In this document: in pieces, positions 39,345-51,251 of the stretch
Numbering within the stretch: position 1 is the first letter of the stretch
Layout of the letters: each line of letters opens with the position of its first letter
Assembly: GCF_009914755.1 (NCBI RefSeq)
Contig: NC_060931.1
Direction: 5' to 3' (one strand)
Source: the human T2T-CHM13v2.0 reference genome, Homo sapiens
Length of the DNA: 64,000 nucleotides
Program-made: the position numbers and the translations under genes
Notes under the pieces: model-generated
Told to the model about the DNA's origin: nothing
Seen by the model: only the letters and a program-made list of their open reading frames with translations
Database searches by the model: none

Positions 39345-39560
39345 ACCAATAATGATGGACACTTCTTATGTCCAGGATGTAGGACATGCTTTATCCAGCT
39401 TAATCATCCCATAGTCCTGCTAGCAGTTCATCATCCCATTAAGGTTAGGGTTAGAGACTGGATTAGGATCAGGGTTAGGTTTGTTAAAATTATTTTACAA
39501 ATGAGGTTATAGAGGCCCAGAGATGTAAGTAAACTGGCCAAATATATCAGGGGAGATGAG
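39345..39560 (-). mobile_element. MIR interrupted by a telomere-like insert
   Basis: atcatcccatt [insert] ttttacaaatgagg...gaggcccagagatgtaagtaaactggccaa. Confidence 0.7.
39439..39480 (+). repeat. Degenerate (TTAGGG)7 interstitial telomere-like sequence
   Basis: ttaagg ttaggg ttagag actgga ttagga tcaggg ttaggt in 6-bp register. Confidence 0.65.
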
Positions 39561-39889
39561 AATCATGAACCCGGTGGGATGGAGAAAGGTGAGTTTTGAT
39601 TTGATTTGGGTCAGAGAGAAAGGGAGAGAGGGGTTCCCTCGGCCATCACCTCCTTGGGAAGACCAGGCTTTGCAAGCTTTGTGGAGTGAGCTGGGTGTCT
39701 CCCTGGCATCCACCTCTACCTGAGCACTGACCACTCTGCATCACTATTGGCTGACGGGGTCCTTGTCTCCCTCCTCAGGACAGGGCACACCCATCATCCC
39801 ACTCAATCATCACATCATTCAGATATCTGTTTGTTACCCAGCCTTCCCCATCCCTGTGCCTGAAGCCCAGAAGGACTTTTAAAATTGAC

Positions 39890-40062
39890 TTTAATAAATT
39901 ATATTACAATAATTTATTACAATTATAATCATTTATTACAATTATACAATTTATAATTATTACAATTATATATACAATTATACAATTAATGTACTATAAA
40001 TACAATGTACAATTATACAATTAATATACAATTATAATTACAATAATTTATTGTAATAATTG
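39890..40062. repeat. AT-rich low-complexity block built from ATTA(T)ACA/ATTACAAT-like units
   Basis: Direct reading; almost no G. Confidence 0.9.
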
Positions 40063-43000
40063 ATTTATCAGCCAGTTGCAAGCTGGGTAGTGGGGTCAGA
40101 GTAGACATGCTTCCCTCTCCTCTTGGAATTAATAGTCTCATTGGTGAGACAGGATTAACCCACGGAATAAGGACCTGCAATCTGAGGCTGCTAAATGGCA
40201 TGGCCCCAACTGGAAGCCCGGAGGTTTCAAAACAGATCCTTAACAGCTGCAGCTGTTAGATGGATCTTGATCCCTGGAGACTGTTTGGGTTTGGTCAGGA
40301 AACAAGGAGGGAGGAGCAGGAGTGATGGTGGCCAGTGGGAGTAGCTGGCTGGAATGAGTGGCCGGTGAACAGCAAGGAGAGGCTTGTTGGGGGAGAATGC
40401 AAAGGCTTAAAAGACGTGAGAGGATTTTGATGCTGAGAGCAACAGGGAGCCATAGAAAGTGCTCAGGCAGGGAGATTCAGGATCAAGCAGTGTTGCAAAC
40501 ATATGAGTCCTGGAAAGTGGTGGGCAGAAAAGACCAGGAGGAGAGAGCCTGGAGTCAGGCAGAATAACCAGAAGGCCAAAGGAGTGGCCTCCCTGTTGCT
40601 TTTCTCCACATTTGCTCTGTCTCGGACTTTTTTCAAGGGGCTAGTCGTTTGGACACAGCCCATACGTGGACTCTAGGAACTTCTTTCATTTGTTCATTCA
40701 CTTATTCTTTCAAAATATTGATTTTGATACTTATTATGTTCCAGTCCCTGTGGGACTGCAGACAGGAATGAGGCAAGACTCCTGCCCGCAAAGACCTCTG
40801 CAACTGAGGACAGACACAATATACATACACACAGCTACCTAATGACTTCTTTCATCGATGCTATGCCATTTAAATGAATTATTTCGTTATGTGCATAAGC
40901 TCTAGTCCTCTGCCCCCACCTCCACCCCCATCTTCTCACTCCCACTGATTTACCCTTTTTTCCATGGGGCTCACTCGTAAACATCAAGCACTGTGCCATG
41001 GTAGGCAAAGGAGCTATGAGACACAGGGAGTGGTCTATGATGGGCTGTGAGATGGAGTTCCTTCTATTGATGTCCCCTGGCCTGCCAGAGCTTGTCCACT
41101 CCCACCACTTGGCACCTTCTGCACACTGTGGGCCCTGGGGGCAGAGAGATTGCTGAAGATTCTCTTGAGACCTCTGTCCCCTAATGTTTAACACCAATCT
41201 CTAGTGTTTCCAGGCCTCGGGAGCTGGAGCCCACTGACTCCTTAACCTCCTGGTCGTCCTCTATTTCTCCTTCAGGCTTTGTTCCTCAGATCAAGGGAAA
41301 GAGTCGAAGGCACAGAGTAAGATGCTCAGGACCACCTGGGCTCGGTCACTGGCTACCAGCACACACATTTAGCAGCTCTTCCCTGTGGTTGAGGCTCTCC
41401 AGAGTAGCCAGCATTAAAGCCTCCCAGTCTTTACCTTGTTAAAAATCAGACCATCAGTTACTTGTCAGAAATCACTTCTAATATAATTCAGTGGTCTGAG
41501 TGGGGCAGGCAAATGCACCAGGAATGACTGAACATGTCCTGTAGACTAGGCTGCATACACCCATCATCTGCTCGATCATCACATCATTCAGATATCTGTC
41601 CGTTATCCAGCCCAGAGGAAAGTGGGAATCAGGGTTAGGAGTAGGCTTATTTCACTCATTTCACGTAAGTGAGGCAACAGTGGCTCAAGTTCACTGTCCC
41701 AAGTTTACACAAATCCTGGCACTGTGGGATTTGAACCAGGTCTGCCTGTGCTCATGCACTTTGCAGTGTTGCTGCTTTGCTGGCTGAGGGTCCTCACGAG
41801 GCTGCAGAAATGCAGTCTCTAGCCTGGAAATGCTTCCCCAAGTCTCCCAGTGTTACCAGCTTCGGCTGTGTTACCACTGCCTCTGAGCACTGCTTTCTAT
41901 GTGTTGCCCACCCCTGTCAGGCACTTACTATGAAAGCCTGCACTGATGATGTGCTGGGACACTCTCTTCTTTACATAGTAACGGAAAATATTGCAGTGCA
42001 AACATGGACGTCTGCAGGGCCACAGAGGAGGCTCATTTAAGTTGGCATCAATTTTGCTAACCTCCTGCTGAAATATTTGCCAATCGAGCCAAGGTTTTGA
42101 ACTGCCTGGGGCCCAGGAACACCTCTTCTATTGAACACCGTCCTTGAATGAGATCAAATTTCCAGAGTTTGCAGAGGCTTCATTACGTGGTTTTGGCTCC
42201 CACGACTTTGAGATCATACAAGGCGATTTTGCATGCACATCATGCTTTGCTTGCTTGGTTGCCCCTCTATTCTGGTTTCAAGTTGAAAAGTTGTGAGTAT
42301 AGTTGAGGTTTGGCAAGCCAGAAATGCGATGCCCCGGAGTCCAGGCACCTGGAGCTGTGTCTTCACTGGCTCTCCCAGATGCTATTTACAAAGTACATTG
42401 TCTCGGTTGTTTCTCGCGACTACCATGTGAGATGAGCCAGGCTGGGATTATTCTCTCTAGTTTATAGATGGGTCAATGGTAGTTCAGTGAGGCACCTGAT
42501 TTGCCAAGGTCATTTATAGACCCTGGCCCTGCCTGCGCTCTGTCCTTGTCCCCTCCTCAGCCTCCCACAACGCCTCCTATGCACAGGAGCCAGCCTCTGC
42601 ACAATCTAACAACTTTTGTTAATGGAATTATGAACATCATGCTTATTGGATGTGGCAGAGACAAGATCTTGCAGTGGACAATGGCTGTCTTGAGTTCCCT
42701 TGCTCTGCCCACCACCACCTCTGAGCTCATCTCACATAGGCCTTCAGACCAGAGCTCTCATGCTGCCCACTGACCAGTAAACCTGCCCTCAGGGTACCCC
42801 TGCCTGGGCCACTGAGCATCCGTCCCTCCACTCAGACCTCCCTCTCTCCCTACTTCCCCTTAGGTAATCTCACCAACCCTATATCTCCATCCTCTCAGGT
42901 TCTGCTGGTGACCAGATAAAATAATCTAAGAATTAGAAGTTAATTACCCTGAGTGATATCCCCACCTTGGGGGGCATGGGTTGATGGTGGATATTGATGG

Positions 43001-43264
43001 GCAATGATTCACTAGCCTAGTTCTAACCATTTCTACCCACACCCCAATGGGTTTTTCATACCCAGACCTCTCTGCCTTTTCTCTCCATCTTGAGTACCCT
43101 CTCGTTAAAATTGGCCATGTTTCTAACCGTCTCTGCATTAGGACATCTTTAGGATGTTTTAAAGGGATACCTGACGCCATGGCTGAAAAGCAAAGGGCCA
43201 GAGAAGTGAGCAGATGTGTTCAGACCTTCGGGCTGGTTGTCATCCCCACTAGCCTCAGGCAGGT

Positions 43265-43500
43265 GATGGTATGTGGCTGTTAGAGCATGGACTCTAGATC
43301 CAAAACATCTGGGTTTGAAACTGGGGTCTGCCACCTGCTAATTCTGTGATCTTGGTCAAGTTATTTAACCTTCCTGTAGCTGATGGGTAAATTAGAGAAA
43401 CTCTAATCCTTACCTCAAAGGGTTATTGTGAGGGTTGAATAAATTAATGTACATAAAGCCCTTAGGTCAGTACCAAGCATATTATAAATCCTCAAAATGT
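43265..43500 (+). mobile_element. MIR
   Basis: ttagagcatggactct...ctgggtttgaa...tgtgatcttggtcaagttatttaacc...ggttattgtgagggttgaat. Confidence 0.8.
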
Positions 43501-43663
43501 CCTAAAAATAGGAGCCATTATAATTCTTATGTAGCTAGCTATTTGTTGCCATTTTTGGCCATCTTAACAATACGTAATAAGTGTGTCCAGTACTTCTTAG
43601 TTTCAAAGGTGCTAACGTATACTTACCTCACTTCTTCAGCACAGGTGAAGGTTATGGGATACC

Positions 43664-44165
43664 TATGATGGTTAATTTTAGGTGTCAACTTGATTGGGCT
43701 ATACAGTGACCAGATATTTGGTTAAACATTACTTGGGGTGTGTCTGTAAGGATGTTTCTAGATGAGAGTAACATTTAAGTTTATAGACTGAGTAAAGCTG
43801 ATTGTCCTTCCCAATGTGGGTGGCCCTCATATACATATTTGAAGGCTACAGTAGAACAAAATGCTAAGAGAAAATTCACTCTCTACCTGACTTATTTGAG
43901 CTGGGACATCAGTCCTTCCCTGTCTTTGGACTAGGACTTGGACTGGAACTTAAGACCATTGACTTTCTTGGTTCTTGGGCCTTTGAATTCAGACTGGAAC
44001 TATACCATTAGCTCTTCTGGGTCTCAGCTTACAAACTGTAGATCTTGGGACTTCTCAGCCTCCATAACTGCAGAGTCCATTCCTTATACTACATATATAT
44101 TCTGGGTTCTCCAAAGAAGTAGAATATATTTATATCCTATTCTTTGGAGAACCCAGATTAATATA
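43664..44165 (+). mobile_element. MLT2D-like solo LTR
   Basis: tgatggttaattttaggtgtcaacttgattgggc...tgagctgggacatc...gggacttctcagcctccataa...ggagaacccagattaatata. Confidence 0.85.
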
Positions 44166-44224
44166 ATATCCAAGGTCACAAAGCCAGTGAGGTGGCATAA
44201 CCTGGTCTTAGACTTGGTTCCAAG

Positions 44225-44500
44225 TTATTATTATTTTTTGACAGGGGCCTGCTCTGTTGCCCAGGCTAGGGTTCAGTGGTATGATCACAGCTCACTGCAG
44301 CCTCGACCTCCTGAGGCTCAAGTGATCCTCCTGTAGGTGTGTACCTCCATGCCAGGCTTATTTATTTCTATTTTTACTTTGGTAGAGACAAGGTCTCACT
44401 GTGTTGCTCAGACTGGTCTTGAACTCCTGACTTCAAGTGATCCTTCTGCCTCAGCCTCTCAAAGTTCTGAGATTGCAGGCATGAGTCACTGTGCCTAGCC
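44225..44500 (-). mobile_element. AluJ with internal deletion
   Basis: gatcacagctcactgcagcctcgacctcc (J-type); TSD CCAAGTT. Confidence 0.9.
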
Positions 44501-45790
44501 CCAAGTTCTTTTTTTTTTTTTTAATCTTTATATTACTCAATACCACCTTTTGTAAAATGAGGGGGGAAAACTGCGAATGACTTAGTATAACAAATCCTAA
44601 TTACTGGGGGAAGAAAAACACTGCTGAAGAGATCTCATTTTGAGGATAGCATGGTTGAAAGAAATAATTACAAATGAAATCCAAAGCCCATCCCAAAGCC
44701 AGCTGCAATTCTTTGCCAGCCGCTGGAGTTCAAAGAGTGAGACTTAAGGAAAGTTTTGAGGAGAATTACTTAATTTAGAGCATTGGAAACCCAATAATTA
44801 TTTGCTTAAAAATAGAATTTGCTGAAACAACTTTCAGCTTCTTATTCTTCTCACTGCATAATAAAGTAATTAGTAATTTGTGTCACTCTGGTAATTTTTC
44901 TTCCGATAATCACCAGCAGTGACATTATTGCCATGCTGGGGTTCCAATATACATCCATGCATGCGCGCACATGCACATTCACACGCACACACACGTACAC
45001 TTACTACCTCACTCATATCCGATCCCTGGAGGAAGGTGGATACCATAGTGTTTATTGTTTTGTTGTGGCTGCTTGAATGAAAAGTTCTGTGACTCCTTCT
45101 AATTTATCCATACCCATATGTATAACACTGTGGGTGTGGTTGTGGTAAGAGGTAAAAATAAGGGCAAAGAACTCTCAGAACATCTCCAAATATCATACAG
45201 AAGCTATTATAAGAATGCCGAATACCTATATATTTCCAACTAAAAATCAAGCTTTATCTGACAAAAGGATTTGTGCTGAAGTGTGGGTTGCATTGTTTAA
45301 TAGGATGTGGATCTTAGACATAAAAAGTAAATCACATTTATTTATACATTTGTTAGATTGAAGTGAATGAAGCTGTGTAAAAATGTGGACAGTGCAAGAA
45401 AATCCAGAGTGTAATTACATGGTTTTAATACCTATTAATTGCTAGATTTATAAACAGCTATTCTATACTAAGCAAATACTCCATTTGAAACAAAACAATA
45501 ATAGTAGAAATTTCATTCCTAAGTTTATCTGAGTGAATTTATACGGGGCTTCAGGTAACTATGTGAAACTAGAGAAAGGAAGTTAAAAAGATTGTTTCTT
45601 TTTCCTGTTTGTCATAGAATAGTCTATTACAGTCAAATTACTATATAGCAATAAATATTGTTATTGCTAACATTGATCAAATGTCCACTCTGGCACTGTG
45701 CTAAGACATTTACCTGCATTATATCCTTGAATACTCGCATCAATTCCATAAGTTAGGTATTAATATTATTTCTATTTTATGGACGAGGAA

Positions 45791-46085
45791 TGTGGCAGAT
45801 ACTCTGCTGCTTACTCAATAGCTGCTCTTCTCTTTTTTTCTTGGTAATAAAATCCAGATTTTATTTAGGGTGGCAATATGTTGTGCTAAAAGTCTTTAGC
45901 CTTCCTCGAAGCCAGGAGTGACCCTGGGACTAATTCTGGCCAATGAGGTACAAGCAGGAGTGTTGTGTGGACCATCCAAGAAGGTTCAGCAAATGTGTGC
46001 GACTCAGCTGGGAGGTACATCCCCCTCCCATCATCTCTTGCTTCCTGCTTCCTGCAGATGTGATGGCTGACCTGGCGCTCTTTCC
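45791..46085 (+). mobile_element. MLT1J/K-like LTR fragment
   Basis: tgtggcaga...ttctggccaatgag...gatgtgatggctg. Confidence 0.6.
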
Positions 46086-46819
46086 GGTAGTCACTGGCTT
46101 GGCAGTTCAAACCCATTCTCCAGCTGAGGATGAACAGAAAAGCGAGACAAAATAATATATTTTAAAAGCATATTTGAAAGTATTAGAGAAAATAGAAGTC
46201 AATCAAGAATTACTGGGCCAAGCTCCGTGAGAAGAGGGAAACCCATCGGGGAAAGCTTGGATCTTTTGGCCAGTTTTCTCCTAAGAGCGCCTTCCAATGC
46301 CAGAAGATGCAGCAGAGGTACTAAGATGCTGAGCAGGACTTTCAGCAGACTTAGGGGGACCAGGAGCCTCTCAGGGATGGGGCCCCTGATAAAACTCCAT
46401 GATTTGGGTAAAGGCTGTGAATGGACACATCACTGGAGTAAAGGTGAACCAGGTAGCCTGTCCCTTGAAAGGATTGCAGGTTGGCTTTAAATCACCTCAC
46501 CACTATTGGATTATAGTGATCTGGGATTGACAGTTTCTCTCCCTCCTGACTGAGGCAAATGCAAATTACTCTCTGAAAAGACAGCGCTATGAGAAGCCTT
46601 AAATTATCTCTTCAGCTTTTTAAGATAAAGATACAGGTCTCAATCAAACAAATTGGGGGTAAAGATGAAGAAACTTCTTCTGAAATGGTGGGGTAAGAAC
46701 CTCCAAAAATTCTGTAACAGACCTTGAGGAAGAAGACGTAAAATAGAAAATTACAAACCATTCTCACTATGTATAAAAACACAAAATTTCTATATAAAAT
46801 GCTAAAAATTTTAACAGTG

Positions 46820-47960
46820 TATGAGAAGGTCAATTCATGATGATTTTATTGGGTTATTTCAGGGATGTAAGAATCATTTAATATTATGAAATATATCGGT
46901 AAATCTAAAGTGAAAATCCAAATGATCTCGGTGGATGGCTAAAAGTCATTTCAGAAAAAATTAGGTACCAATTCTAAATAAATGTATGAAACTGAAACTA
47001 GAGGATTTCTTTAAATGGTAAAGAATATTTTAAACAATAATATATCATTATTTAATGGGGAAACACCTTTAAATATATTTTCATTAAAATCAGGAATAAG
47101 ATAAAATGCCTATTCTCACTATTAATATTGTCTTGAATATTCTAGCCAATGCAAAAAGATAGGGAACAGAAATAAGGGCTACTGGAAAGGAGGTCAGAAG
47201 TCTCACTATTTGCTGTTAATATGATTGTCTACCCAGAAAGCCTAACAGAATCAATTCAAAACTATTAGAATTAATAAGAATTTAGAAAGCTGGCCGAACA
47301 TGTATAGATATATAAAACAATTGCTTACCCAATTACACATTGTTAATCAGTTCAAGCGTATAGCAGGGGAAAGAGCTCCTCCTTAAGCAATTACAAAGTA
47401 TAAAATGCTAAAAAATAATTCAATCATGAATATTATAAATTTCTCCCAATGAGTATAAAAGAAGATCAGGGTAGAAGACATCTGGACCACAAGACCAAAT
47501 AGTTTAGACAGGCCACTTCATCCCAGGCTCATTTATGGGTTTAATTAAACTCCAATACAAATTTCAGTGGAAATTTCATTCACATTTAAAAACTATCTGT
47601 AAAAATAATGGATGACAATTGTCAACAGTATTTTTAAAGAGTATTGATGGGAATATTTTTCTTTCAAAGAGTAAAACACTTTTAAGTGAACTGGATCTAA
47701 ATAAGGGTTTCTCTGGAAATTAATTTGGCCATTTATATGAGGCAGTTTTAACTGTATCACCTAGTAATTCTGCTTTTAATAATTAACCTAATAAAAATTT
47801 TCAGAGGTACAGATAAAGTTTTTTGTAGAGGAATATTCATCATAAAGGTGTTTGTAATATTGTTTCTAAAGTTTCCACAAACTGAAATTCATTAAATCAA
47901 TGATGACACATTTTTAATTAGAATACTATTCAGCCACTGCAGTTATGAAGACTCTTTAAT
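46820..47960 (+). mobile_element. Highly degraded old L1 ORF2 region
   Basis: RT-region remnants ttaaaatcaggaataagata..., ctatttgctgttaatatgattgtctacccagaaa..., aaaactattagaattaataagaa. Confidence 0.7.
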
Positions 47961-49337
47961 AACGTAAGTAGCATACTGTATTCTCCAAAGAAGGCTGTGA
48001 AATCTCTTCCATTCCACATGCTCTTCTGTAGCGTGACCCTGCTGCTTGCCTTCAAGGGCTGGAATCCATTTCTCCATCTCATTGAATGTGGCTGGGCTCC
48101 AATCCACAGAATCATAAACAAAATAAATTATTGTCTTAAACCATGAAGTTTTGATGTAGTTTGTTACACAGCACTAGACAAGTGGGAAAAATATATAAAG
48201 ATGTTTTAGAAACATCAAATGAAAAACATGTTACAAAACAATATGTGCTATGTAATTCAGTTGGGACAAATGTGTACATATACATAGAACAAACATTAGA
48301 AGGATTGATGCCAAAATGTAGCACTGGTTATTTTTGGATGGCAGGATTACTATGCTTCTCATTTTCTTGTAGCTTGCCTTCTTTCTCAAATTTCTACAAA
48401 GACTGTGTATTGTTTTAAGAAAAGTACAAAATCATGTTTTAAGGATATTTTGATGACTGATAGATGCTACAATACAGCATTACTTAAAAAGAACAAGATG
48501 CAAACAGCATCTATGAGGGACTTTCCTATTCCTTAGGTCTTGTGTTTCTAAGAGGAGAACTTTGGCACACAAACCCATTCAGCTTTTCTTTTCATTTTGT
48601 CTCACCCACTTCTCTGCAAAAGAGAGGGAATAATGTTCTTGGCTGGTGAGATATTGGGATTGGACTCTTGCTGCTCCTCATCCCTCTTTTTGGGGGAGTT
48701 TAAGTGTGTACTGGCTGGTCCCCAGTGAACAGGTCTGTCTGCTGGAGAGAGGTCTATGACACAGGTGGGAAGTGCTGTGCTCCTGCCTCCATGCCTGAAC
48801 TCACAGGTGGATCCAGGCCTGCCTTCTGCTCTGCCTCTCCTCTGGGGAATGAAAGGATACATCAATCATCTCACTTGCAGCTGGCTGGTAAAGTGTCTGC
48901 TTTCAGAACCCCATTCTCAGGACTGAAGTAGAAATGGGATGACAATGAGAAAGCTTATTTGGCCACAGATCCCAGCCATGTTCACAAAGCTTTTCCTGCA
49001 AGCATTAAGGCTGATATTTCTATCAGTATCTGAAGTCTATATTAATCAGTGGATTGAAATAGTTCAAACGGGGAATTCAAACAATTCAAACTGGGAGAAA
49101 AACAGTGATTGATAAATATCTTCAGAATGTAGCAGTATCTGTCAATCCATTTTCATTTGACGTATTTAAAAGAATACACATATGGACAAATATAAATTAT
49201 ATCACAAGACTTATGGGAAAAATACATCAATATCAACAGAAATATCTCTCTGGATGCTGGGATTATGTGTCCATTTATTTATACTCTTTGTAATATATGA
49301 GCATGGATTACCTTTATAATCAGAGAAATCATTTTTA

Positions 49338-49515
<178 letters not shown>

Positions 49516-49518
49516 CAT

Positions 49519-49818
49519 TGGTGGCTCACTCCTGTAATCCCAGAACTTTGGGAGGCTGAAGGTGGATCGTTTGAGCCCAGGAGTTCAAGACCAGCCTAGG
49601 CAACAGAGGGAGACCTCATCTCTTTTTTTTAAAAAAAAAAAAGAAAAAAATTTTTAAAATAGCTGGCTGTGGTAGTATGCCCCTATGGTCCAGCTACAAG
49701 GGAAGCTGAGGTGAGAGGATCACTTGGGCCCAGGAAGCCAAGGCTGCAGTGAGCTCTGATCACACCACTGACTCCAGCCTAGGTGATAATGAGACCCTGT
49801 CTCAAAAAAAAAAAAAAA
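49519..49818 (+). mobile_element. AluJ (Jo-like), slightly 5'-truncated
   Basis: ttgagcccaggagttcaag, aggctgcagtgagc, gagaccctgtctc, poly-A tail. Confidence 0.9.
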
Positions 49819-50349
49819 GTTGCTGAGATTGCTTTATAATCACAATCACAGATTTGGGCTCTATAGCTGGCTATTGCCTGTGCTACTTCAGGGCCAACAG
49901 AAGCTTTGCTTCCTGACATCCCTTCTTGGGGGAATATCAATTTTCCAAAATAAAATCCTGTGATAATCAGAAGAGGCATGGAGGTCTGGGCCTTTTCTAG
50001 TTGTAAGAAACATTTAAAAATATGTAAGCCATGTGGATGATTTGGAGAACATTTGTGTTGACTTATTAGTCAGGGACTGGTCAGGAAAGCAAACATAGTT
50101 CACAAATAATTTAATATAAGGATTTATTTAAGTTGGTATAGGAGAACTGAAGAAACAAAGAGGAAACACTGAGGTGGCATGGAGATATAACTGCAGGAAA
50201 CAGCTGCCATTCCCAAGGCTGAGGAACAGAGAAAAGAGGTAGAAGCTCAGAAGAGGCGACCTGCACAGCCGGGTTGACAGGAGCACATTTGATAGTAAAA
50301 TGTAAAATATGAAGTAATGAGTTTTGGGTATTTACTATCTTTGTTGGTT

Positions 50350-50760
50350 TTTAAAAATATTTTGTATTTTGAAATAATCATAAGCTTAGAAGGAGTCACA
50401 AAAACAGTACCCCTGTACCCATCATCCAGCTTCCCCCAATAGTGACATCTGTACAAGACCAAAACTAGAAAATAGGTTGGCACAATCCAAATACTTTGAT
50501 TACAGACTTGGAATTGACCAGTTTTTGGATGTACTCATGTCTTTCTGTCTTCGTGTATAATTCTATGACATCACATTTGTAGAACCGCAACAACAATATA
50601 GATGGAAACCTGTCCCATCACCACAAAGGACCTTCCTCATGCTTATATAGATGGAAACCTGTCCCACCACCACAAAGGAACTTCCTCATGCTTCTTTACA
50701 GCCACACCCTCCCACTCCTTCTCTAGTCACTAGCAAACGTTGTCTGTTCCCTCTATAATT
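50350..50760 (-). mobile_element. L1MC/MD-type 3' fragment
   Basis: tattttgaaataat...cctgtacccatcatccagcttcccccaatagtgacatc...catcaccacaaagga. Confidence 0.7.
50596..50693 (+). repeat. 49-bp tandem duplication (2 copies)
   Basis: ATATAGATGGAAACCTGTCCCAYCACCACAAAGGAMCTTCCTCATGCTT twice, 2 mismatches. Confidence 0.97.
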
Positions 50761-50791
50761 TTTTTTTAAATAGAATTTGTTTAATTGTAAG

Positions 50792-51251
50792 TGTTATAGG
50801 TTAAATTGTGTTCCCCCAAAAGGTGTGTTGGAGTCCTCACCCCCAGTACCTCAGAATATGAGCTGATTTGGAGACAGCGTCTTCACTATAAAGGTGATCA
50901 AGTTACAATGTGGTCATTAGGAGCCTACTGCAATACAACTGGTGTCTTTATGAAAAGGAGAAATTTGGAGACAGACACACTAAAGCACACAGGGAAAATG
51001 TCATTGGGACACAAGGCATAGCTCAGGGTGGTGCTTCTACAGCCAAGGAATGCCAAAGATTTCCAAGAAGCCACCAGAAGCAAGGGGAGAGTCATGGAAC
51101 AGATTCTGTCTCACAGCCTCAGGAGTAACCAAGCCTGCCGAGGAGTTGATCTTAGACTTCTAGCCTTTAGAACTGTGAGACAATACATTTCTGTTGTTTA
51201 AATCACCTAATCTGTGGTACTTTGTTGCAGCAACCCTAACAGAACAATAAA
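50792..51251 (+). mobile_element. MLT1C solo LTR
   Basis: tgttataggttaaattgtg...agtacctcagaat...gccaaggaatgccaaagat...agaactgtgagacaatacatttctgttg. Confidence 0.85.

Noticed and set aside
36570-44781. Shared 12-mer TTAATTTAGAGC in two enhancer-like segments
   Set aside because: Many repeated 12-mers are expected by chance in 64 kb, especially AT-rich ones
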